Part shown: positions 17,141-24,761 of the stretch, piece after piece
Layout of the letters: every line of letters starts with the position of its first letter
How positions within the stretch are numbered: position 1 is the first letter of the stretch
NCBI RefSeq assembly: GCF_000148385.1
Contig: NC_014537.1
Location: 1,230,001 to 1,262,000 of the forward strand
From: Vulcanisaeta distributa DSM 14429
Lineage (GTDB): Archaea; Thermoproteota; Thermoprotei; Thermoproteales; Thermocladiaceae
Direction: 5' to 3'
Length of the DNA stretch: 32,000 nucleotides
Position numbers and translations under genes: made by a program
The notes under the pieces: generated by a model
Database searches by the model: none
Told to the model about the DNA's origin: nothing
The model's input: only the letters and a program-made list of their open reading frames with translations

Positions 17141-17229
17141 TATGGCAGGTTTAGAAAGTGCGCTGTTTTAATCTTTCTATCATAAGGAAAATAATTAATT
17201 TAAGTATTTAATTAAATGAAGAATACACC

Positions 17230-17556
17230 TTATGCCGGTGCCCAGGCAATCTTGTACTTAGCTTTCCAATCCTCAAACTCCTTCTTCTCAGCATCACTCA
17301 GTGGCTTACTGAACCTATACCAGTTAGCCTTGCCCTTGGCTGAGTCTGGTGCCTCGCTGGTCTTCCATATGCAGTTCACTGGACATACTGGCACGCAGCT
17401 GAAGTCATCCTTACATAGGTCCCATATTAGCCTTGCCTTACCGTTCTCGTCAAGTTCCAACGCTTGGTATGGGCATACGCTCACGCATGCACCACAACCG
17501 ATGCAGATGTCTTGGTCAACAACAACCTTCTGGAAAGGTCCTGTCTTCTCTGCCAT
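17230..17556 (-). CDS. 4Fe-4S dicluster-type ferredoxin with C-terminal extension
   Basis: Canonical CIGCGACVSVCP motif, followed by an atypical second motif CKDDFSCVPVCP and a roughly 45-aa Lys/Trp-rich tail. Confidence 0.8.
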   Translation of the reverse strand: MAEKTGPFQKVVVDQDICIGCGACVSVCPYQALELDENGKARLIWDLCKDDFSCVPVCPVNCIWKTSEAPDSAKGKANWYRFSKPLSDAEKKEFEDWKAKYKIAWAPA

Positions 17557-17657
17557 ACGGAATTAAGCCCTTAATTGGGGTCTTAATAACTATTACTATT
17601 GATACTGCATGAACATGGTTACGATCATAGAGTATCAATTAATAAATAGGGTAAGTA

Positions 17658-18380
17658 TTACAGATTAAAAAGTCTAGAGAAATTACTACTAACAACGTCC
17701 CATAAATCCTCAACACTAATACCCTTTATCTCGGCAATAATTCTCGCGGCATCCTTAACCATGGGAGGCTCAAGCGTTATACCCCTATACTCATAAGGTC
17801 CATCACTCTCCAGCAGTATCATGTCGAGGGGCGCCTCCTTAGCCACGGCTTTCGACTTCTCCTGTATCTTTATAGCGGCATTAATCGATATATAGTAACC
17901 GTAATCCCTCAACTCCTGAATCAGGTTAAGAGGACCCGTGTACCAATGGAACAGGACCCTATCAACATCAGCCCTCCTAACCATCTCAAGGACATCCCTC
18001 CAGGCATCAGGGGCATGAATATTAAGCGGTAAGTCATAATCCCTGGCCCAACTAACGAACGTTTGGAAAAACTCAACTTGCCTATTAAAGGTTTGGGGGA
18101 CAAACCTTCTGTCAAGACCAACCTCACCAATGCACTTAGCCTCAGACAATAACTTCTCAACCTGCCTTAACTCATCAAGCCCAACCTTATCCACGTTCCA
18201 GGGGTGAATACCCACGCATGGTACAATATTCTCATAATTATTTGATAAGTCAATGGTCCTCCTTGAGGATGGGTAATCATCAGAAACAGCCGCAATCATT
18301 ATCTCCCTAACAAACTCCGCAATTCTACTATCCAGGAATTCGTGCAAGTGCGTATGCGCGTCGTAAAGCATTATGTGCAT
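17658..18380 (-). CDS. TatD-family metal-dependent hydrolase
   Basis: The N-terminal YDAHTHL (HxH), GEVGLD, NIHAPD, FHWYTG and ESDGPY motifs are characteristic of TatD-type amidohydrolase-fold nucleases. Confidence 0.8.
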   Translation of the reverse strand: MHIMLYDAHTHLHEFLDSRIAEFVREIMIAAVSDDYPSSRRTIDLSNNYENIVPCVGIHPWNVDKVGLDELRQVEKLLSEAKCIGEVGLDRRFVPQTFNRQVEFFQTFVSWARDYDLPLNIHAPDAWRDVLEMVRRADVDRVLFHWYTGPLNLIQELRDYGYYISINAAIKIQEKSKAVAKEAPLDMILLESDGPYEYRGITLEPPMVKDAARIIAEIKGISVEDLWDVVSSNFSRLFNL

Positions 18381-18403
18381 TAAGGCTAGGTATTATTAAA
18401 GGG

Positions 18404-18856
18404 TTATTGCTGTTGTTCAAGCCTAAGCACTTGGGACTTGACCTCAGTAACATCCTCCATCCTACCAATTATGACATGCCTAACTGTCTTGCCTAAAGGC
18501 CTTGTCTCGCCAATGTATACGATATCGCCAGGCTTAACATCGATGCACGGTGGAACCCTAACATGCATCTTCTTCCTCCTCCTCTCATACCTCTTATACT
18601 TAGGATCATAATGTAACCACTCATGGATAGCCGTCGCAGTTCTACCATAAACCTTCTCAACAGTGACAGTGAATACCTGACCCCTAACACTTAAGTGCCC
18701 ATGCCATGGACACTCAGGGTCATTACAAACCTTCTTAGGCGGTAAAATCCAGGGAATACCAACATGCCTAACCCTAACAAACTCACCATTAGGCAACTGA
18801 ACCTTCTCACCAGGCCTAGGTCTCTCAGGCAACTCCTTAACAATGACCTCAACCAT
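18404..18856 (-). CDS. rps17: 30S ribosomal protein S17 (uS17)
   Basis: CNDPECPWHGHLSVRGQVF..V...M..T and the C-terminal GD.V.IGE.RPL.K match archaeal S17P. The ATG at 18856 is preferred over the TTG at 18859, because a TATA arm is centred about 26 nt upstream. Confidence 0.85.
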   Translation of the reverse strand: MVEVIVKELPERPRPGEKVQLPNGEFVRVRHVGIPWILPPKKVCNDPECPWHGHLSVRGQVFTVTVEKVYGRTATAIHEWLHYDPKYKRYERRRKKMHVRVPPCIDVKPGDIVYIGETRPLGKTVRHVIIGRMEDVTEVKSQVLRLEQQQ

Positions 18857-18875
18857 CAAGCCACGTACAAATAAC

Positions 18876-18902
18876 CCCTTTAAAACAATTTCTTTTAAAG
18901 GG
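18876..18902. promoter_or_regulatory. perfect 10-bp inverted repeat (CCCTTTAAAA-N7-TTTTAAAGGG), candidate bidirectional TATA element
   Basis: Both arms read TTTTAAAGGG in the outward direction. The left arm is centred about 26 nt upstream of the rps17 ATG. The right arm would direct plus-strand transcription starting near 18922. Confidence 0.5.
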
Positions 18903-19182
18903 AACCCAAAGACTTATAAGCATAGCTACTGACTTATTAATGCCGCGACAGTCCCAGAGAGGACCGTGGCGGTCCCCAATGAATGTGGACGGACGAACCG
19001 CGGGGATTTCCGAACATCCCTCCATCACCATTCTCGAACTTATCAAAAGGTATTAATAAGTTACAAACTATGCATTGCGTGGTGATGAATTAATACGATT
19101 AAACACGCAATTACATGATAAGACAATGATTCAGCTTAAACTATATTGATTAGCTTACGCATGCGAAAATAATGACACCTCA

Positions 19183-20853
19183 TTAACTAATTATTATCAC
19201 CTTCCCATACTTACATGAATATGACGTTGGATTTCCGTAGTAGTTCGTAGCATTGAGTATGAAGCCGAAGGTCGGTATTCCAAAGGCCTTAGATGCCACC
19301 ATAACGGATATGTAAAGGTTCGTGCCCTTAGCGATACCAAGCAACTCTAGTTGAGTATTTGTAACAGTGGTGCTCGATGATGGTAATATAATACTTGCTA
19401 TCCCAAGCCCTGTTGCCACAATACCCGCTATTATACTGTATGGTGAAGGCGCTGCAAGCGACACAATACCTGCTGCTAATGACCCAATGCCCGTACCCAA
19501 TTGAGCTGTGTTTATGGCATACTTAACCCCACCAAGAGTAATATAGTATATTGTCCCTAACGTACCAGTCGTATTGTAGACCAGACCATTGCACATGCTG
19601 AGTTGTTCAGCTCCAGTTAGCGGATTAGGTGTAAAGCTTGCATAATCAATTACCGAGGATGCATTCAGAACTGGATAACTAATTAACCCCTTAGATACTG
19701 CGATGGCGCCGTAGTATAACGTGCTGATTGGGCCATTACCATAATCAACACCATATGTTAACTGTTCCTGCCTAGGCACGTAAAGAATTTCTGAAACAGT
19801 CACTGAACCTAGATACCACGTATAACCAGTCGTTACATCTACATACCAGGCATCATATTTAACCAACGCCCACGTACCACCGTATGCCCAATAAAGTGAT
19901 CCAGGACCTTGCGTTGAAGACATATTTATCGATATAGCTAGCGTCCACGACTCGCCCGTGCTATAAGATGTGCCTATATCTCCATAGTTAGTTGCCATGG
20001 CATCCCAGGAAACCGTACCACTATAGTAAACACCCAAGTAAGTTAATAATTTATTATCGTACTGCCTAACGGATTTATCCCACGTGATCCAGGCCAGTGG
20101 TAGTGTTCCGTTTATGCCCAGGCATGTTGATTCCGGTATAAATTCGTAGGGTAGCGGCATGTAAATACTCGGCTGAGGACCACTAACAGAACAATTATAA
20201 AGCACATAACCACCATAAGAACCAAAGACCTGAGGGTCAAGCTCTCCTGTCGAATTAATTTTCGTCCGAATAACCTTAAAGGGTTTTATCGTATTTACGT
20301 TAATGTTTATGGAGACCACTATGTACCTTGGTACTGCCGGATTCATTGGAGCAACTTTAACTCCTCTGGCGGCTAAGACCCAACCGACGTTGTATGGTAT
20401 AATCATTGGCACGACCCACGAATCATTACCGCTTATGTACGTTACGAATACTAGAAGTGACGTATTGTAGTCATTAACCGGCACTCCAGTGCCCAACCAC
20501 TCATTGATTATAAATGACCATGCACTCTCATTGAAGGGTAGTGTGATTACACTGCCGTAGGTGTGCATCATTGGTGTGACTCCGTTGGGTAGGTTTGCGT
20601 AGATGCTTACGAATGCGTTTACTGGCTTTATTATTGAGCCATTTATTACGTAAACCCTAATTACAATGCCGGGCGCCATTGATTGTAATGACTCGTAGTA
20701 GGATATTACACCGTTGTTCACCTTAATTGACTGTATTGGCATGGGCTGGGCCTGCGCGGTGTTTAGCAATAAAATGAGGGTCGATACTATGGATAGAGCA
20801 AGTATGATTAATACCAGCGCTCTGACGTATTTTACCTGAGCCATAATCATCAT
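19183..20853 (-). CDS. secreted/membrane-anchored glycoprotein of unknown function
   Basis: The N-terminal signal peptide (VRALVLIILALSIVSTLILLLNTAQA|QP) has an AxA-type cleavage site. The body is rich in Y/G/T/S/N, poor in charged residues and has many sequons. A C-proximal Gly/Ala/Ile-rich hydrophobic region is present (GIGSLAAGIVSLAAPSPYSIIAGIVATGLGIASIIL). Confidence 0.65.
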   Translation of the reverse strand: MMIMAQVKYVRALVLIILALSIVSTLILLLNTAQAQPMPIQSIKVNNGVISYYESLQSMAPGIVIRVYVINGSIIKPVNAFVSIYANLPNGVTPMMHTYGSVITLPFNESAWSFIINEWLGTGVPVNDYNTSLLVFVTYISGNDSWVVPMIIPYNVGWVLAARGVKVAPMNPAVPRYIVVSININVNTIKPFKVIRTKINSTGELDPQVFGSYGGYVLYNCSVSGPQPSIYMPLPYEFIPESTCLGINGTLPLAWITWDKSVRQYDNKLLTYLGVYYSGTVSWDAMATNYGDIGTSYSTGESWTLAISINMSSTQGPGSLYWAYGGTWALVKYDAWYVDVTTGYTWYLGSVTVSEILYVPRQEQLTYGVDYGNGPISTLYYGAIAVSKGLISYPVLNASSVIDYASFTPNPLTGAEQLSMCNGLVYNTTGTLGTIYYITLGGVKYAINTAQLGTGIGSLAAGIVSLAAPSPYSIIAGIVATGLGIASIILPSSSTTVTNTQLELLGIAKGTNLYISVMVASKAFGIPTFGFILNATNYYGNPTSYSCKYGKVIIIS

Positions 20854-20944
20854 TTATGATAAATTTCTTGGATTTTTTACTCTGGTGTTCATTTAAAATA
20901 TGCCTGTACTCTATACTTAGCGTCTCATTGATTTCCACTTAACA

Positions 20945-21925
20945 GTGAATACTGGAATAATCCTTATTAAGCCACTAAGTGCCCATACCTCAGTATGGCA
21001 GGTGTTGGTATTTGCAGGGAATGGCAGTAAAAACAATGTCTTCCTCAGCGTGTCAGACTTCATAAGAAACTTCTACCCAACACCCCTGGTAAGGCTTGAC
21101 CGCTTTGGCGATGTCTGGGCTAAGCTTGAGTTCTTTAATCCACTTAGTAGGAGTATTAAGGATAGGACCGTGCAATTCCTGCTTCGTAAGTACTTAAATG
21201 ATTATTTACATGGCCGCCTCGTCTTTGAGGCCTCCTCAGGTAATGTGGCGATTTCATTGGCGGCCTTGGCTAATGTTTATGGGTTTAAGTACAGGGCTTA
21301 TACAACGAAGCACTTGCCCGAAACCACTGAGGTTCTTCTCAAGGTCTTAGGTGCTGAGATTGTTAGGGTTGATAGGGAGATGATTGATGAGGAGTTTTGG
21401 CGTTGGGTTAGTAAAGAGGCCGTTAGGAATGGGGCGATCAATCTTAATCAGTTTGAGAATGTTGATAATCCTGATGGTCATTACCAAGTTACTGGTGAGG
21501 AAATTGTTAGGCAGTTCAGGGGTGTTGGTAAGGTGCCTAGGGTGTTAATCGCGGGTATTGGCACTGGTGGGCATATAACTGGTATTGCTCGGAGGCTTAG
21601 GGATGAGTTCGGTAATGTTTATGTTGTTGGTGTTGAGCCTGCGGCGGGTAGCGCAATACCTGGCATAAAGAGGCTTGAGTCTGGGACTAGGTGGGTTCGT
21701 GAGGTCGTTAATGAGGTTGTTGATGTTGGTCTTGAGGAGGCTGTTAGGGGTGTTATTACAGTGGCTAGGAATACAGGTCTGCTCATTGGTCTTAGCAGTG
21801 GCGCTGTCTTTCAAGCCTTTCTGAGGGTTAGGGAGAGGTTTGGTGATGTGACTTACCTATTGATTTTTCCTGACGATATTTATAAGTACGTGAGTATCAT
21901 TGGTCGTTTCGTGAATTCCGCGTAA
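20945..21925 (+). CDS. PLP-dependent cysteine synthase family enzyme (CysK/CysM/CBS-like)
   Basis: TPLVRL...KLEFFNPLSRSIKDR carries the PLP-lysine motif, GTGGHITG is the glycine-rich phosphate loop, and SSGA lies near the C-terminus. The listed GTG start at 20945 may be too far upstream; an in-frame GTG at 21050 gives a more typical N-terminus. Confidence 0.75.
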   Translation: MNTGIILIKPLSAHTSVWQVLVFAGNGSKNNVFLSVSDFIRNFYPTPLVRLDRFGDVWAKLEFFNPLSRSIKDRTVQFLLRKYLNDYLHGRLVFEASSGNVAISLAALANVYGFKYRAYTTKHLPETTEVLLKVLGAEIVRVDREMIDEEFWRWVSKEAVRNGAINLNQFENVDNPDGHYQVTGEEIVRQFRGVGKVPRVLIAGIGTGGHITGIARRLRDEFGNVYVVGVEPAAGSAIPGIKRLESGTRWVREVVNEVVDVGLEEAVRGVITVARNTGLLIGLSSGAVFQAFLRVRERFGDVTYLLIFPDDIYKYVSIIGRFVNSA

Positions 21926-21986
21926 GTTCTGTGAAAGTTTCAGTGTACTCTTTAAATAAAAACCTGATAGGACTTTTTAACCTGTA

Positions 21987-21998
21987 CACGTATACGTG
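21987..21998. promoter_or_regulatory. perfect 12-bp palindrome CACGTATACGTG between TATA and start codon
   Basis: It lies 3 nt upstream of the ATG at 22001 and downstream of a TATA-like CTTTTTAAC (about 21972-21980). This is an operator-like position. Confidence 0.4.
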
Positions 21999-22000
21999 AT

Positions 22001-22234
22001 ATGATGACTGGCAAGTACAAAGTCTTCATAAACAGGAGAATGGGTAGGATCCTAGTCAGTGGTAAGTCTGAGGACTTATCACTTATTGAGGAGGGCTGGA
22101 GAATAATTTATGAGGATAATGATTGGAGAAATGCCTTTGAGTATGCCAGGAATTACGCGGATAAGCATGATTACGTGCTCGAGTGGTACCTTGAGGAAGA
22201 GAAGGAGGTTTTGAAGGACGCCTTAATTAATTAG
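22001..22234 (+). CDS. small acidic hypothetical protein
   Basis: 77-aa ORF with a plausible leaderless promoter. No recognisable motif. Confidence 0.4.
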   Translation: MMTGKYKVFINRRMGRILVSGKSEDLSLIEEGWRIIYEDNDWRNAFEYARNYADKHDYVLEWYLEEEKEVLKDALIN

Positions 22235-22237
22235 GTA

Positions 22238-23629
22238 TCACTTAACGCGTTCTCTATCAACCTTCTTAATAACATCAATTATTATATCCACAGCCTTCTC
22301 GGCGAGCTCCATGGGTATGTTTAGCGGTGGTGCAATCCTAATAGTGGACTTGCCCGCGCTTATCACGGCAACACCCCTCTTAAAGGATTCATAGAGCACC
22401 TGCTCAATCTCCTTGGTGGCATACTCCTTAGTCCTCTTATTCCTAACAAGTTCAACACCAATCATTAGGCCGAGGCCGCGTACATCGCCAATCAATTCCA
22501 CACGGTCCATCTCCTCCATGAACCTCCTCTTTATGTAATCACCAACCCTCTGGGCATTTACCAATAGGTCCTCATCGTTTATTATATTTATGACCTCAAT
22601 ACCTGCAGCTAAAGCTACTGGGTTACCACCGAAGGTGTTTGCGTGGGATCCCCTTGGTAGGTCCATTATGCTTGCCCTACCAACAATTGCACCGAGTGGT
22701 AATCCTGCGGCTATTGCCTTAGCCATCGTTATTATGTCAGGCTCAACACCCCAATGTTCAATGGCGAACCACTTGCCAGTCCTGCCGAATCCTGCCTGTA
22801 CCTCATCATCCACTAGCAATATGCCGTACTTATCAGCGATTTTCCTTAAACCAGGGAAGAAGTTTTTCGGTGGAACTACATAACCACCCTCACCCTGTAT
22901 TGGCTCAAAGAATATCGCAGACACCTCGCTTGGGTCAACCATCTTTCCGAATATCCAATCCTCCAGGTAACCGAGAACAGCTTCGCCGCATTCCTCCTCG
23001 GTTAGGTTCTTTCCGAATGGACACCTGTAGGGGTATGGATATGGTATGTGTATTACGTTAGGTAGCATTGGGTTAAAGCCAAACCTCTGTATTGGCTTGC
23101 TCGCGGTTAATGCCATCGAGCCGTATGTCCTTCCATGAAAGGCGCCCAGGAAGGCGATTATGTAAGGCCTCTGATTCCTAAAGTGACCACGCGATATCTT
23201 CATGGCCCCCTCTATTGATTCTGTGCCTGAGTTTGTGTAAAAGACGCGCTTAGTGCCACTTATTGGTACTATGCCAGTGAGCATTGACGCGTGTTTAACG
23301 ATTAATTCGTAATAGAAATCAGTCATACTATAATGCGTGAATAACTCGGCTTGCCGCTTTATAGCCTCTATGACCCGTGGATGGCTATGTCCGACGTTCA
23401 TAACTGCAATACCAGCATTGAAGTCGATGTATAGGTTTCCATCAACATCTTCGATAACAGGCCCATAACCCCGCCGAATAACGAGTGGGTACCACCGGCC
23501 AAAGGATTGCATTACCAATGACTCATCCATCTTTATTATTTCCTGAGCCTTAGGGCCTGGTGGTTCAACAACTATTTTAGGAACGTTGTTTAAGTCTATT
23601 GGCCAGTACCACTTGGGCGGCATTGGCAT
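22238..23629 (-). CDS. class-III (GabT/ArgD-like) pyridoxal-phosphate aminotransferase
   Basis: Contains SGTESIEGAMK, the FHGRT motif, DEVQAGFGRTGKWFA and the TMAKAIAAG lysine motif, all typical of 4-aminobutyrate/acetylornithine-type aminotransferases. Confidence 0.85.
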   Translation of the reverse strand: MPMPPKWYWPIDLNNVPKIVVEPPGPKAQEIIKMDESLVMQSFGRWYPLVIRRGYGPVIEDVDGNLYIDFNAGIAVMNVGHSHPRVIEAIKRQAELFTHYSMTDFYYELIVKHASMLTGIVPISGTKRVFYTNSGTESIEGAMKISRGHFRNQRPYIIAFLGAFHGRTYGSMALTASKPIQRFGFNPMLPNVIHIPYPYPYRCPFGKNLTEEECGEAVLGYLEDWIFGKMVDPSEVSAIFFEPIQGEGGYVVPPKNFFPGLRKIADKYGILLVDDEVQAGFGRTGKWFAIEHWGVEPDIITMAKAIAAGLPLGAIVGRASIMDLPRGSHANTFGGNPVALAAGIEVINIINDEDLLVNAQRVGDYIKRRFMEEMDRVELIGDVRGLGLMIGVELVRNKRTKEYATKEIEQVLYESFKRGVAVISAGKSTIRIAPPLNIPMELAEKAVDIIIDVIKKVDRERVK

Positions 23630-23719
23630 TATCAGGGTTTATCTAATTAATAAATTCTTCTCTATAGGTTTTCATCATCAATAATTAAGTAAATAGGTTA
23701 TATTTAATGGTAATAAGGC

Positions 23720-24652
23720 TTATTTAGTTACAAATAATTTAAGGCCAGCCACGGTTGGTGTGACTATGGCTCTACCATCACTTAGGTACCTAATTTTAAT
23801 TAAGTTCATGTTAGATAGTTTAATCAATTCCTTAATAACGTCATTCCTACTCACCGCAGCTGATTGGGTTATCATATCAATTAGTGATGCCATTGTTGTA
23901 AAACCAAGCTCATTAACTGTCCTTAAAATCTCTAGGTCGATATCGTTTAGCGATTCCCTGCTAAGCTCGAAATTATTGCTCACAATGCTTAATCCAAGCC
24001 TTGTTACTAACACCTCTGAACCCATGCCGTTGCTTACCCTAATTAACTTACCAAAGATTTCCTGGGGAATTGATATTGAGGTCATCACTAACTCATCGAA
24101 TATGCCAATATCACGTGGCATGCGGTTAGTCATAACATAGATATTGCCGAGACCTCTCACCTCCTGTAATTCGTCCTTAATCTCGTCCGTAAAGTCTGTT
24201 GCAAGTATTGCTGAGCCCTTAATGCCGTTAGATGCGTAATAAGCCAGTATAACGGTGGTCACTAAAGACTTTATGGGTTCAATGAGTGGAACATTTATAC
24301 AGCCCCTACCCAACGGTTTCCATATATTAAGCATACCCATTAGCTTCATGAAGTAGTAAAGTCTCGATACATTATAGTCCTGATACGTCTCAATTATGTA
24401 ATTCACGGCATCATGAAGCCTTGAGGAGTTCATGAGCGAGTCGAGCAATAGTCTCATATCATCATCCCTCAGGTCAAGTATTTTACTCCACATTATTGCA
24501 ACCCTCGTTATAATCCCTGGGTTCAACTCCACGTCAATGCCAATATTACTATCATTACCTGGGCATAACATGGTCATTACCCAATCGTTATTTGGTAATA
24601 CGTTGCGAATTAAGTAATCAAGTCCTAACGATCCGTATACCAGTATTAACAT
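23720..24652 (-). CDS. hypothetical protein with C-terminal winged-helix DNA-binding domain
   Basis: The C-terminal LEILRTVNELGFTTMASLIDMITQSAAVSRNDVIKELIKLSNMNLIKIRYLSDGR looks like a wHTH. The N-terminal alpha/beta-like region begins MLILVYGSLGLDYLIRNVL. Confidence 0.5.
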   Translation of the reverse strand: MLILVYGSLGLDYLIRNVLPNNDWVMTMLCPGNDSNIGIDVELNPGIITRVAIMWSKILDLRDDDMRLLLDSLMNSSRLHDAVNYIIETYQDYNVSRLYYFMKLMGMLNIWKPLGRGCINVPLIEPIKSLVTTVILAYYASNGIKGSAILATDFTDEIKDELQEVRGLGNIYVMTNRMPRDIGIFDELVMTSISIPQEIFGKLIRVSNGMGSEVLVTRLGLSIVSNNFELSRESLNDIDLEILRTVNELGFTTMASLIDMITQSAAVSRNDVIKELIKLSNMNLIKIRYLSDGRAIVTPTVAGLKLFVTK

Positions 24653-24761
24653 CGTATTACTGCCTTGTTCCGTAATAGAAAAGATTAATGATTAAAATAC
24701 CGTAACTAATCAATGTGAGGAATTTTTAAAATCAGTAATTAATTACGTAGATTCGACGTTA

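Noticed and set aside
17216-17566. 116-aa plus-strand ORF
   Set aside because: It lies directly antisense to the ferredoxin gene, whose Cys motifs are unambiguous.
18942-19030. Canonical tRNA or 5S rRNA interpretation of the GC-rich element
   Set aside because: I could not build a 7-bp acceptor stem with correct spacing on either strand. The T-arm-like hairpin has an 8-nt loop (TTCCGAAC) instead of the 7-nt TTCRANN loop with a G53-C61 pair. Position 8 would be C and the D-loop only 6 nt. The 5S-like ATTTCCGAAC motif is in the wrong place for a 5S gene. It is kept only as an unclassified RNA candidate.
18849-19046. 65-aa minus-strand ORF covering the GC-rich element
   Set aside because: It overlaps the rps17 start and its promoter palindrome and has no motif. 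The GC-rich, self-complementary sequence is better explained as structured RNA or DNA.
19077-19108. C/D-box sRNA suggested by GTGATGA (19082-19088) flanked by GCGTG...CACGC
   Set aside because: No CTGA D box is found at the expected 50-60 nt distance and there is no convincing C'/D' pair. This is probably a chance match in the 3' region of the 556-aa gene.
22590-24617. Plus-strand ORFs 22590..22883, 22870..23061, 23760..24140 and 24432..24617
   Set aside because: They are antisense to the aminotransferase and the wHTH protein genes and have no motifs.
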